Source of the DNA: Macrostomum hystrix | Lineage: Eukaryota > Animalia > Platyhelminthes | Reading direction: 5' to 3' | NCBI GenBank assembly: GCA_950097015.1 | Contig: CATNEN010000012.1 | Location: 1,798,001-1,862,000, forward strand | Length of the DNA stretch: 64,000 bases | Shown here: positions 16,301 through 29,200 of the stretch, one piece after another | Position numbering within the stretch: the first letter of the stretch is position 1 | Layout: each line of letters opens with the position of its first letter | Notes under the pieces: generated by a model | What the model saw: only the letters and a program-made list of their open reading frames with translations | What the model was told of the DNA's origin: nothing | Database searches by the model: none | Position numbers and translations under genes: made by a program

Positions 16301-19300
16301 GACAAGAAGAGAGGTAGACAGACAAGCAGAGAGGTGGAAAGACAAGCAGAGAGACAGACAGACAAGCAGAGAGGTGGACAGACCAGCAGAGATGTGGACA
16401 GACAAGCAGAGAGGTGGACAGACCAGAAGAGATGTGGACAGACAAGCAGTGAGGTGGACAGACCAGCAGAGATGTGGACAGACAAGCAGAGATGTGGACA
16501 GACCAGCAGAGATGTGGACAGACCAGAAGAGATGTGGACAGACAAGCAGAGATGTGGACAGACAAGCAGAGATGTGGACAGACAAGCAGAGAGGTAGACA
16601 GACAAGCAGAGAGACAGACAGACAAGCAGAGAGGTGGACAGACAAGCAGAGATGTGGACAGACAAGCAGAGAGGTGGACAGACAAGCAGAGAGGTGGACA
16701 GACAAGCAGAGATGTGGACAGACAAGCAGAGAGGTGGACAGACAAGCAGAGAGGTGGACAGACAAGCAGAGAGGTGGACAGACAAGCAGAGAGGTGGACA
16801 GACAAGAAGAGAGGTAGACAGACAAGCAGAGAGGTGGAAAGACAAGCAGAGAGACAGACAGACAAGCAGAGAGGTGGACAGACCAGCAGAGATGTGGACA
16901 GACAAGCAGAGAGGTGGACAGACCAGAAGAGATGTGGACAGACAAGCAGTGAGGTGGACAGACCAGCAGAGATGTGGACAGACAAGCAGAGATGTGGACA
17001 GACAAGCAGAGATGTGGACAGACCAGAAGAGATGTGGACAGACAAGCAGAGAGGTGGACAGACAAGCAGAGAGGTGGACAGACAAGCAGAGAGGTGGACA
17101 GACAAGCAGAGAGACAGACAGACAAGCAGAGAGGTGGACAGACAAGCAGAGATGTGGACAGACCAGCAGAGATGTGGACAGACAAGCAGAGAGGTGGACA
17201 GACCAGAAGAGATGTGGACAGACAAGCAGTGAGGCGGACAGACCAGCAGAGATGTGGACAGACAAGCAGAGATGTGGACAGACAAGCAGAGATGTGGACA
17301 GACAAGCAGAGATGTGGACAGACAAGCAGAGATGTGGACAGACAAGCAGAGATGTGGACAGACAAGCAGAGATGTGGACAGACAAGCAGAGATGTGGACA
17401 GACAAGCAGAGAGGTGGACAGACAAGCAGAGAGACAGACAGACAAGCAGAGAGGTGGACAGACAAGCAGAGATGTGGACAGACCAGCAGAGATGTGGACA
17501 GACAAGCAGAGAGGTGGACAGACCAGAAGAGATGTGGACAGACAAGCAGAGATGTGGACAGACAAGCAGAGAGGTGGACAGACAAGCAGAGAGGTGGACA
17601 GACAAGCAGAGATGTGGACAGACCAGAAGAGATGTAGACAGACAAGCAGAGATGTGGACAGACCAGCAGAGATGTGGACAGACCAGAAGAGATGTGGACA
17701 GACAAGCAGAGATGTGGACAGACAAGCAGAGATGTGGACAGACAAGCAGAGAGGTGGACAGACAAGAAGAGATGTAGACAGACAAGCAGAGAGGTGGACA
17801 GACCAGAAGAGATGTGGACAGACCAGAAGAGATGTAGACAGACAAGCAGAGATGTGGACAGACCAGCAGAGATGTGGACAGACCAGAAGAGATGTGGACA
17901 GACAAGCAGAGATGTGGACAGACAAGCAGAGATGTGGACAGACAAGCAGAGAGGTGGACAGACAAGCAGAGAGGTGGACAGACAAGCAGAGATGTGGACA
18001 GACAAGCAGAGAGGTGGACAGACAAGCAGAGAGGTGGACAGACAAGCAGAGAGGTGGACAGACAAGCAGAGAGGTGGACAGACAAGCAGAGAGGTGGACA
18101 GACCAGAAGAGATGTAGACAGACAAGCAGAGAGGTGGACAGACCAGAAGAGATGTAGACAGACAAGCAGAGATGTGGACAGACCAGCAGAGATGTGGACA
18201 GACCAGAAGAGATGTAGACAGACAAGCAGAGATGTGGACAGACCAGCAGAGATGTGGACAGACCAGAAGAGATGTGGACAGACAAGCAGAGATGTGGACA
18301 GACAAGCAGAGATGTGGACAGACAAGCAGAGAGGTGGACAGACAAGCAGAGAGGTGGACAGACCAGAAGAGATGTAGACAGACAAGCAGAGAGGTGGACA
18401 GACCAGAAGAGATGTAGACAGACAAGCAGAGATGTGGACAGACCAGCAGAGATGTGGACAGACCAGAAGAGATGTGGACAGACAAGCAGAGATGTGGACA
18501 GACAAGCAGAGATGTGGACAGACAAGCAGAGAGGTGGACAGACCAGAAGAGATGTAGACAGACAAGCAGAGAGGTGGACAGACCAGAAGAGATGTAGACA
18601 GACAAGCAGAGAGGTGGACAGACCAGAAGAGATGTAGACAGACAAGCAGAGAGGTGGACAGACCAGAAGAGATGTAGACAGACAAGCAGAGAGGTGGACA
18701 GACCAGAAGAGATGTAGACAGACAAGCAGAGAGGTGGACGGGTCACAGAGCTCAGCTCACCGCTCCTCATTGGCTATATTAAGCGCCTCGTGCAGGTGTC
18801 CCAGCACTGTCTTGAAGAATTCCATCCGGCCCCTTTCGAAATCCTGCGACTCGGCGAACACGTCCGACATGCCGGAGGTGTAGCCGGCCCGCTGGCCGTC
18901 TAGCTCGGCGATGGCAGTCTCGTAGGCCTGGCGAGACTTGGCCACCTCCTTCTCGGCCTTGCGCAGCTTGTCGGCCAGTTTCTTCGCCTAATGGAATCGA
19001 CAAAATTGTGATGATGTGATGGATGGTCAATGCGAAATTTTAAATCCTATTTTGGGAATTTAAGTTTAAAGACTTAGGCACAGCCTGAAAAGCTAAAATA
19101 ATTCACTTTCTGGTGGGAAATGAAACTGAAGCCTCTGATTTTCTAATCTTTTAATTTCCGCTAATAAAAAAAATACTTTTTTAATACACTCCTAAACCAA
19201 ACCCTCAACCCTCTATCCTCTCTGATCTTGTATGAAAATTCAAACAGGCAAGGGAAATTCCCCCCAAAATGTTTTCATAGTCTAAACTAGCAGCGAATTC

Positions 19301-22055
19301 GCCTAGTACATAATATGTGTGTGCGTGTGTTGTATCGAATGATACATAAACCTGATACACAAGCGGACTGGCTGGACCTGGTTTAACCCGGGAGCAAACT
19401 TGCAACTGTTCAACAAGCTATAAAACAAACCAACTGCTTCCTCTTAATCCTAAGAGTATGAAACTGGCTTTTAAAAGCAGAACTACCAAAGGGGGAATTC
19501 CCCCCTGACCATTTGTTGTGCTGCACACGAATGGAACGACGCAAGCACATGAAACTCAAGAACACGGGCCAACTTTTTGTTGCGCATCTTCTGAAACAAG
19601 GATCAAGTCGCCAGCTCTTCAGACCGTCGAGATATTCTATGGTTCTGGCCGAAGGTCTGATTTTTCCCATAAGAGCTAGTGTATTTCATACACCCCTATA
19701 CACAAATTAGCACTGCGCCTCAGTGCGGCCTTGCCAGGCCTTCAAAATTGATCAGCATGTCACCCGAATGTGACTGTATTATCTTCGTCTTCGGTGGTCA
19801 CCTACCTTTATCTAGACGGACTGCTGGACCTTCAAGGGCTGCAACAGGTGATACTAGGCCACTATGGACACCCTACGCAAATTTCTCCAATTTCACTGAT
19901 CAAGTCTAAATATTAGGCGCAGCTCAAACACAGGACACCATCGACTAGTCTGTCAACCAATCAGTCACCACCCAACGCTGTTAGCATTCGGGCGCTGCCA
20001 AAAACATTTCAGGGGGATTTCTCCTTGGTATAAAAACAGGCGGCAAAAGGGCTTGATAGTCCTATTGTTAAAAGGCTTAAGGTTGGTTATCACGTGACGA
20101 AACTTGTGTGTGCGCGTTGCCAATGGAAACAGCTTAGCAATTAGCAATTTTAGGCTTCGGACTCCTGACCCAGAGAAAGTTGTCTTGGAAGATAAGTCCA
20201 TGGACTGAACAGATTGAGAGCTCCACGCTAATTTCTAGCCAGTGCGGTGTAAGCCTCGAAGTACTAATTAGATGACGAGGCTCCTGACTCAGCAGGAGCA
20301 GAAATAAATATTTTTAGCCCAAAAAAGCCTCACCGCTTCCGGCTGCACCGCACCGTCGGCTTTAGCGGCCGCTTGCTGCTGCTGCAGTCCGGCCTCCAGT
20401 TTGCAAGCGGAGTGATATGCCTTCTTGCAGTCCTGCACCGACTTGTACTGCTTGGCCCACGGCTTCTGAGCCTGCGGTGAGAATTGGGACCCGGCAATAG
20501 AGTTTTCTACTGCTCTACCCCTGCTCTAGTCCTGCTGAATGTCTTGTTCTCTCCTAGTCTGTCTTGTTCTCCCCTAGTCTGTCTTGTACTCCCCTAGTCT
20601 ATATTGTTCTCCCCTAGTCTATATTGTTCTCCCCTAGTCTGTCTTATTCTCCCTCACTAGTCTGTTTTGTTCTCCCCTAGTCTGTCTTGTTCTCCCCTAG
20701 TCTGTCTTGTTCTCCCTCACTAGTCTGTTTTGTTCTCCCCTAGTCTGTCTTGTTCTCCCCTAGTCTGTCTTGTTCTCCCCTAGTCTGTCTTGTTCTCCCC
20801 TAGTCTGTCTTGTTCTCCCCTAGTCTGTCTTGTTCTCCCCTAGTCTGTCTTGTTCTCCCCTAGTCTGTCTTGTTCTCCCCTAGTCTGTATTGTTCTCCCC
20901 CACAATAATTTCTTTTCTCTCTTCTCCCCCTGATCTGTCGGATTGATCTCCCCCTGATCTGTCGGATTGATCTCCCCCTGATCTGTCGGATTGATCTCCC
21001 CCTGATCTGTCGGATTGATCTCCCCCTGATCTGTCGGGTTGATCTCCCCCTGATCTGTCGGGTTGATCTCCCCCTGATCTGTCGGATTGATCTCCCCCTG
21101 ATCTGTCGGGTTGATCTCCCCCTGATCTGTCGGGTTGATCTCCCCCTGATCTGTCGGATTGATCTCCCACTGATCTGTTGGATTGATCTCCCCCTGATCT
21201 GTCGGATTGATCTCCCACTGATCTGTTGGATTGATCTCCCCCTGATCTGTCGGGTTGATCTCCCACTGATCTGTCGGATTGATCTCCCCCTGATCTGTCG
21301 GATTGATCTCCCCCTGATCTGTCGGATTGATCTCCCCCTGATCTGTCGGATTGATCTCCCCCTGATCTGTCGGATCGATCTCCCCCTGATCTGTCGTGTC
21401 TGACGCACCCTTTGAAATTTCTCTTCCAGATCCTTGGAATTCTTAAGTCGCTGAGGCGGCAGGGCTGATTTGTGATAATTCTCCTTCTGCCAGGTTTTTA
21501 GCTCGGCCTAAGAAACAGAACACGAGGCGCGGCATTTTAATATTTCAGCATATACAAAATCAAGACCGGTAGCAAAATTTTGTGTCATAAAACAAACAGG
21601 CAGCAGACCTGGACATTGTCAATCAATCGATTGCGTATGTTGCTGTGAACATCGGAAATGGAGTCAGCCTCCTCAGTGAAGCCAATCCAGGCTGATTTCA
21701 GAGTGCCATACTCAGGTCCTGCGGATGCGATATTAGCCAACTGCTTGCTGCATTGTTCTTATTTGGAATCTAACTTCTGATCTACGAGTCATAATTCTTA
21801 TAACTCAAAACGAACATTTTTGAATAATAGAAAACATTCACTCTTACCCTTGTCAAGGAATGCTTTCCACTTAAGCGACCACTTTTTTAGATTAGACGAG
21901 TAGCCCTTCTCAATGTCGGCCCTCTCCTGTATTAGCTGCATCAGCTTAGTGCACATATCAAAGCTATCGTCTACTCGTTTTACAGTCTTCTTGTACTGGC
22001 CTATCTCCCAGAAGCTGTCGCTAGTGGGCTCCACGTTGTCATCATAGACAGACAT
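9612..22055 (-). CDS. PACSIN: PACSIN/syndapin (F-BAR, NPF motifs, SH3), 9 coding exons, 494 aa
   Basis: Exons 22055-21848, 21718-21609, 21507-21409, 20471-20334, 18987-18761, 13180-12848, 11458-11345, 10023-9875, 9718-9612 total 1485 nt, all GT-AG and in phase. Motifs: [30 protein letters not shown], two NPF motifs, and an SH3 domain ([17 protein letters not shown]...GWCKGR...GLYPANYVE). Confidence 0.95.
10259..10355. repeat. (GACA)n microsatellite
   Basis: About 24 near-perfect units. Confidence 0.98.
10612..11204 (-). mobile_element. TTAA-flanked MITE (piggyBac-like), copy 1, 593 bp
   Basis: Imperfect TIRs CA(G/A)TAG(A/G)ACTA..., flanked by TTAA (10608-10611) and ATAA. High identity to copies at 19475 and 48105. 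No transposase. Confidence 0.8.
11550..12575. repeat. 27-bp minisatellite (GGGATTAGGATTGTGGAATTCCAATGT) with three homogenised sub-blocks
   Basis: About 38 units in PACSIN intron 6. Confidence 0.97.
13335..13790. repeat. 19-bp minisatellite (GTTAGACATTGGGTAACCT)
   Basis: About 22 units in PACSIN intron 5. Confidence 0.95.
14385..14650. repeat. 15-bp minisatellite (GACGGTAGACAGTGA)
   Basis: About 17 units. Confidence 0.96.
14760..14905 (-). mobile_element. Diverged tRNA/CORE-type SINE
   Basis: Minus strand reads GTAGCCCAGCCGGGGTAGAGC (A-box-like), AGTTCGAATCTC (B-box-like) and CCACCCAGGTGTAAAATGG (CORE 3' end). Confidence 0.55.
15790..15957 (-). mobile_element. SINE family B copy
   Basis: Reverse complement shares CACGACTTGAAGGTC, GTGTCCTTTAGCAAGATGCTTAAC and GGTGTGGCGTCCCCCAGTCCATG with the 39062 copy. 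Confidence 0.7.
16022..18738. repeat. 20-bp satellite (GACAAGCAGAGATGTGGACA) with higher-order structure
   Basis: About 135 units in PACSIN intron 5. Confidence 0.98.
19475..20067 (+). mobile_element. TTAA-flanked MITE, copy 2, 593 bp
   Basis: TTAA at 19471-19474 and 20068-20071; same length as copy 1, opposite orientation. Confidence 0.82.
20510..20900. repeat. 20-bp minisatellite (TAGTCTGTCTTGTTCTCCCC)
   Basis: About 18 units in PACSIN intron 3. Confidence 0.96.
20925..21392. repeat. 24-bp minisatellite (CTGATCTGTCGGATTGATCTCCCC)
   Basis: About 19 units, adjacent to the 20-bp array in the same intron. Confidence 0.96.
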
Positions 22056-22542
22056 AACTGGCAGGGCTGATAATGCTAATTCCTGACAAGCTGGGATGCT
22101 TTGAATCTTTATGGACTTTGTTTGAACTGAAATATTATGCATATAAACTTTGTAAAACTTAATGCTTGTTAAAAATTAAGACTTAATTAAATATAAGCTT
22201 TTGGTAACTGGATCTAGTTTTTGTAGATTCACATAAACTTAAATTTAATAGTAGATGAACTTAAAAACTGTTTCTAGTCTTATTTGCTAGTGAGGTACAA
22301 AAATTTGGAAGTTAGGCTAATATCTTAAACCAATAAGACTAAGGCTAACAAGTTAAAGTGCAAATAAACAAAGAAAGCAAACTTTATATGAGAATATCTA
22401 AAAAAGTCTTCAGTAATTTTTGTGTCTGATACAACAACCTGAAGAAATACTTGATCCTGCCTATCCTGCCTAAAGCTCAGGCTAAACATACTCTTAAAAG
22501 CATACCACAACCCATCAGAGCATACTTTGAAACCTTCCATAA

Positions 22543-23258
22543 TATAGCTTTTGCCATTCAATCTCAGTGTTTTGTCATTCATACTCAGCCCCTATAGAAT
22601 TAATCCAGCCAGTTGGCGCAGTTTGGCCCATAAACTATTGCTCTGTGCCATTCAATCTCGGGTTTTGTCATTCAAACTCAGGCTTTATAAGCTCAATCTC
22701 TCAAACGCAGTCCTCCAAAAGACAGCTAAATTACAAATTTCTTCCATTGCATTTGCTTACATGGCCCAACTTACATGGGCCATATGCTTACATGGAGCGC
22801 CTGGGCCACGTTGCACTGGACACTCTGACGCCTCTGAAGGCCGCAAACTGGGAGATTGCCTGCAGCCGACTGTATCCACAGTGCATTATGCAAATTCCTT
22901 TTCTCTGAGTCATTGTTCTGATCCAAGACTTTAACAATTCCGCTCAAATCTGTATGTTCCTCACTATGATGCTAGAGGTGTTTGACTTGTAATGTGTATG
23001 AACTGCATTATGTTTAACAAATTTAACAAGTCTGTTTTTCGGTCCTATGTTACATGAGCCAAGCTGAGGAATAATAACCTGTTCATTCCGTATCCACATT
23101 CCTTCTCCACATTAAAGCCTGAGTTTGAATGACAAAACCCGAGATTGAATGGCACAGAGCGATAGTTTATGGGCCAAACCGCACCAACTGGCTGGATTAA
23201 CTCTATGGGGGGCTGAGTATGAATGACAAAACACTGAGATTGAATGGCAAAAGCTATA
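22543..23258. mobile_element. Foldback element with ~145-bp inverted arms, each holding two ~37-bp direct repeats (IR/DR layout)
   Basis: 22543-22687 is the reverse complement of 23113-23258; ends are TATAGC...GCTATA. The unit TGCCATTCAATCTC(A/G)G...TTTTGTCATTCA(T/A)ACTCAG occurs twice per arm. Confidence 0.75.
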
Positions 23259-24148
23259 GCAAGTCTATGGCAAAACATGTCCCATGCTTTTCAAAGCTGA
23301 GTTTTGCACCAGAGTCTTACATAATAAATAAGTTTAAAGCTTGTGCTTTTGTTAACAATTTTGTTTAAAGTAAAACATTTATTCAGAAAAGATCAGTTGG
23401 GAACCTATACATAGTTTAGCTTTATTGCTGGAACTTAAAAAACTTAGCTAGCTAATTACTAAACTAAACCATAAACATGTAGACTGTAAGGACATGGAGT
23501 ATGATTGACACGAAGTTAGCTAATCATTTGTTTTTTTAATTCAAGCAACTAGCCTATTCTTGAATCCTAAATTAGGCAGATAAAAATACAAAACCTAATC
23601 CTTTCAACTATAGTTGTAGCATTTACTATAGCTGATCACTTTGTCAATTAGCCAACTAGGTCTAGGAGACCTAAAGTTAATGAAGACAAATCCATCCTAG
23701 TAATTTATTCAACTGCCATAGGCCTATTTTGAGATTAAACAGTAACACTCTAGTCAGTTTGTCAACTTATTTAAGGAAATGACAAGCACTCTAAAATCCT
23801 CTTAATTATAACACCAATTTATCATGTTAATTGGCATTTGTGGCAATTCTCTAGTTTGCAGGTTTAATTATTTAAAAAAATATGATGACTTTCCTAATCC
23901 TAAGCAAATACTTAAACTCTTATGTAGTTATGAGTTCTTGAATAATGTAGTAGTATGTAAAATTGGTACAACCCCCTATTTGGCCTTGTGTCTATGGCCA
24001 AAACCAAAAACCAAAAGATAGAAGATAAGGGGCAGGTGAGACTAAGAGAAAAAGATGATCTCAATTTTGCATTGCTAGTTTGCCTTGTTATCTTATTATA
24101 TTAGGCAACATTCTTTTCTGGGTGACATAGTAGTAGCATTGTTTATTC

Positions 24149-24262
24149 AGACACAGGCGCGATACGGCGCTACAGGCTGCTTGGGCCGACTATGCAGCTC
24201 GCAAGCTGACCAGCTATGAGCTCCTACAGCGCTGTGGCAACAGTGCTGTGGCGCTGTCTTAG
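24149..24262 (+). pseudogene. Possible terminal exon remnant of a MULE-type transposase
   Basis: GC-rich island in AT-rich DNA after a TTTATTCAG acceptor. It reads RHRRDTALQAAWADYAARKLTSYELLQRCG..., like the W-xx-Y-(x)6-LL-xx-C C-terminus of invertebrate MULE transposases as I recall it. Confidence 0.35.
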
Positions 24263-24344
24263 GCAAGTGTCTGTTGTGATGAATTACTGCCGAAACAGTT
24301 TTTTGACGTTTTGCTTTGTGACGTTAGTTGTTTTGTGACATTTT

Positions 24345-24600
24345 TACATTTTACATTTTACACTTTGTGCATTTAAGCTACTTGTATTCGTGAATAAATT
24401 GGATTTGAGTTTACATTTTCTGTGCCTACAATTTCGATTGCTCCTTACATTTTACACTTTGTGCATTTAAGCTACTTGTATTCGTGAATAAATTGGATGA
24501 GTTTACATTTTCTGTGCCTACAATTTCGATTGCTCCTTACATTTTACACTTTGTGCATTTAAGCTACTTGTATTCATAAATAAATTGCATATGAGTTTAC
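24345..24600. repeat. ~93-bp tandem triplication containing AATAAA
   Basis: CACTTTGTGC recurs at 24361, 24455 and 24547. Confidence 0.9.
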
Positions 24601-26277
24601 ATACACGAAAAAAAAGAAAGTTGGAAGGAAACTAAACGGTTGGAGATATTTGCTTCTGGCTTTGTGTATTTATATGCAATATATTAGCTCCGGAACTTTC
24701 AGAAAAATCTTAGCATTATAATTAATTATAATTAATAAGACATTTACATTACACTTCCATGCGAAGCTTGATGACATAATTAGTTATTCTGATTTATATA
24801 TTATATATATTGGCAGACGAAATGACCGTCAACCATCTAAATATGCTACTATGACATCTGATTAGCTTTGTAGCTTTGTATTTTTTACTTATATCTATAT
24901 TAGTATATTTGTTAAAGAAGTCTTTTAACAACATGCAAACTATTCAAACATGCAAACTAAAGGATTACCATATTTGCTATCCTTCTTGGAAATAGGCTAT
25001 GCATAGTTTCAATTTGACCTATTAACATTTTTTATTAAATAAACTATTAAATGAGCAATAGATCCTAGCCTAGCCCTAGACATAAAATATCTAGAAGGTA
25101 AAATTATCCACTAATACTAGCCAGCTTTAGCTTCATTTTATGGACTCAAGCTCCACTTCAACTTAAACTAAAATCAAGAAAAATTCATGTGTTTAGTACT
25201 ATACATATACATATTTAAACGTGTTTATCTATAGCTAATTATAGGTCAATAGACAATACATAAAAATTTTACTACTAATGAATCTAACTGCTAATAATAT
25301 GTATGTAACTACATTGCAATTGGTCAATTAGGTCAATGTGGTGCCAGAGTCATTACAAAATCTTACTGGTGAACAATCTATTGGGTCAGATTTACAATCC
25401 ATTGCGCCCAGTTAACACTCTAATTGATTTTTTAGTTCGACAGATTTACGAAAGTAATCAGACATTATGGACAGCTTATAGACATTAATTATAGTTGACT
25501 TACTATTTTAAAAGTAGTTATTTAAATTGTCCGTTAAAAATTGACTTTGAACCCGAATGTACATCAAGCGATTTCCTAGAAAAGAATACTTTAACAACTG
25601 TAATGCGCGCAGTTAAAATTTTAAATTTACAGTTTTTTAATAGGTTTAGAATAATAGAAACATTTATATTTTTAATAAAAAAACACTAGGAATCAGCAGT
25701 TGCAGGCTTGTAGTTTAGTTTACTTTGACTTCAATCATTTTAATTTTGCGAATAACGTTTTTCATTCTTGCTTTATTCCTCCAGTCCCACAAACATTTTA
25801 TTGCTTTTTTATTTTCACCATCAGCACATTGGATTGTTACATTCTTCGAGCCTTATGCACAATTTTAAGTAAATATATTTTTATTTGATTAGACAATTAA
25901 GTTTTTTCTGGTCTGCCAGTTACTAGCTAAAAAACGGCTTGTCCAACTTTCTAACAAATCTGGCCTCTAACAAATGTTGGACGGCAAAAGACTTTTTTTA
26001 AACTCATAATAGGGAATATGACATTTGCCAAAATATATCTTCAACCATAATCTTAGCGTCGATAAAAAAATTGTTGGTTAATCAGTTTTTTATGTGTAAT
26101 AAAATTTTGCCTTGAACGAGCGTACAGTTTACTGGTTTGAGAAGAGGAATAAAATAATCAGGAAATGAAATCGTATTTACAAAACGAAAGCAAGTTAATT
26201 TACTAGATATCTGTCCATAAATGCCCCAAATCTTCATTACTTTCAGCAATCAGGGGTACTGATACTGTCATTTAATT

Positions 26278-29200
26278 ATGCCAGTAAATCAAAGGGATAG
26301 GCAAAGAAAACTACCTCCGACGTGAGTCAATTTCTCCTGTCAGTCGTTTTAGCAATTAAATCGTCACTTGGACTGCTGCCTATGGTGTCAATTTTAATTC
26401 TCTTAATTTTCAGTGGAACAGTGAGATTCAAGTGCTCTCTAACTAACACTATCCTCGATGTTTTGCGCAGCTTGGGTTGGCAAGAAGTTACAGCGTAAGA
26501 TCTTTTCAATTATGTGTGGTCTATACTTCTAGTGCTAACGATTACTCGTATAGCGCAAATATATTTTTTCCCACGCCAAATTACAGGGAAAATGGAGAGT
26601 TTGACTTCTATTGGATTGATGTGACGTTCATGAAAGAGCTCTTTGACCGCGGCTTCCTTGACGAACACGTCCGGATCAGTCATTTCAGAAATCACTATGA
26701 AGTAAGTCTTCATCTCTACTATTAGTAGTGGCTTTTCGTATTTTAAAGTGCAACATGCAAGTAAGTTTGAACTCAACACCTTCCAGCTGTGCAAGAAGAA
26801 TCTGATGGTGAAGAACCTGAAGCGCATGCGAAAGAAGGTGGCAAAAGAGTTAGGCCGAGAAGAGGCAGCAAAGTACGACTTCTTTCCGTGCACTTTTGAG
26901 TTGCCCGTAAGTCAAGCTCCATATTATCAGTTTTGCAAAACTTTAGAAATACTTTTTTCTCTGATGAGGGAGCATTACTTCTGAAAACTCTAACCTAATA
27001 CCTTGTCAATTTTAATTTAAAAAGTCAGTTAAAATTTCGTCTGTATTATGAGAAAATAGTTTATGTTTGTATTTGCGTTGAATTCATAATAACCCGCCGA
27101 CTTGGTCCGATGCATGATGACGCAACAATTTCTGCGCAGTCCGAATACCACATGTTCGTGGAGGAGTTCAAGAAGTCGCCGGGCACCACTTGGATAATGA
27201 AGCCAGCTGGCAAGGCCCAGGGCAAGGGCATCTTCCTGTTCAGGCGCATTCGCGACATCGAAGCCTGGAAGAAGTCGTCCGAGTACACGCCGGGCCCGCC
27301 GGACCCAAACAAGGAGGTGCCGGAGACCTATGTAGTGAGCCGCTACATTGACAACCCTTACCTGATTGGTGGTCGCAAGTTTGACTTGCGAGTCTACGTC
27401 CTGGTTATGTCGGTGAGTACAAGCTCAATCTGGATGACGCTCTTGGCTTCCAGTTAATATTAATACACTCTTTAAACGCTTATCTATAAATATAAAGAAA
27501 CAGGATAACAGCTCTGTAGTAACCAATCAGCAGACCGCTAATCCATTCTGCAGATAATCCTGAGGACAGAGGCCAATCTATAGATTATGCACACGATATA
27601 GGCCAATCTATAGATTATGCACACGATATAGGCCAATCTATAGATTATGCACACGATATAGGCCAATCTATAGATTATGCACACGATATAGGCCAATCTA
27701 TAGATTATGCACACGATATAGGCCAATCTATAGATTATGCACACGATATAGGCCAATCTATAGATTATGCACACGATATAGGCCAATCTATAGATTATGC
27801 ACACGATATAGGCCAATCTATAGATTATGCACACGATATAGGCCAATCTATAGATTATGCACACGATATAGGCCAATCTATAGATTATGCACACGATATA
27901 GGCCAATCTATAGATTATGCACACGATATAGGCCAATCTATAGATTATGCACACGATATAGGCCAATCTATAGATTATGCACACGATATAGGCCAATCTA
28001 TAGATTATGCACACGATATAGGCCAATCTATAGATTATGCACACGATATAGGCCAATCTATAGATTATGCACACGATATAGGCCAATCTATAGATTATGC
28101 ACACGATATAGGCCAATCTATAGATTATGCACACGATATAGGCCAATCTATAGATTATGCACACGATATAGGCCAATCTATAGATTATGCACACGATATA
28201 GGCCAATCTATAGACTATGCACACGATATAGGCCAATCTATAGATTATGCACACGATATAGGCCAATCTATAGATTATGCACACGATATAGGCCAATCTA
28301 TAGATTATGCACACGATATAGGCCAATCTATAGATTATGCACACGATATAGGCCAATCTAAAGATTATGCACACGATATAGGCCAATCTATAGATTATGC
28401 ACATGATATAGGCCAATCTAATGATTATGCACACGATATAGGCCTATTTATAGATTATGCACACGATATAGGCCAATCTATAGATTATACACACGATACA
28501 GGCCAATCTATAGACTATGCACACGATATAGGCCAATCTAAAGATTATGCACACGATATAGGCCAATCTATAGATTATGCACACGATATAGGCCAATTTA
28601 TAGATTATGCACACGATATAGGTTAATCTAAAGATTATGCACAGGATATAGGCCAATATATAGATTATGCACACGATATAGGCCAATCTATAGATTATGC
28701 ACACGATATAGGTTAATCTAAAGATTATGCACACGATATAGGCCAATCTATAGATTATGCACACGATATAGGTTAATCTAAAGATTATGCACACGATATA
28801 GGCCAATCTATAGATTATGCACACGATAGAGGCCAATCTAAAGATTATGCACACGATATAGGCCAATCTATAGATTATGCACACGATATAGGCCAATCTA
28901 AAGATTATGCACACGATATAGGCCAATCTATAGATTATGCACACGATAGAGGCCAATTTATAGATTATGCACACGATATAGGCCAATCTATTGATTAGGC
29001 ACACGATATAGGCCAATCTAAAGATTATGCACACGATATAGGCCAATCTATAGATTATGCACACGATAGAGGCCAATTTATAGATTATGCACACGATATA
29101 GGCCAATCTATTGATTAGGCACAAGATTGAGGCCAATCTATAGATGATTACAGAATTGAGTCCGATCGGCAGATAGATAAGCTGCAGTGTTGTCACTGGA

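Noticed and set aside
15980-18770. 876-922-aa minus-strand ORFs and many nested plus-strand ORFs
   Set aside because: They are translations of a stop-free 20-bp satellite inside a PACSIN intron; all frames are open and there is no protein signature.
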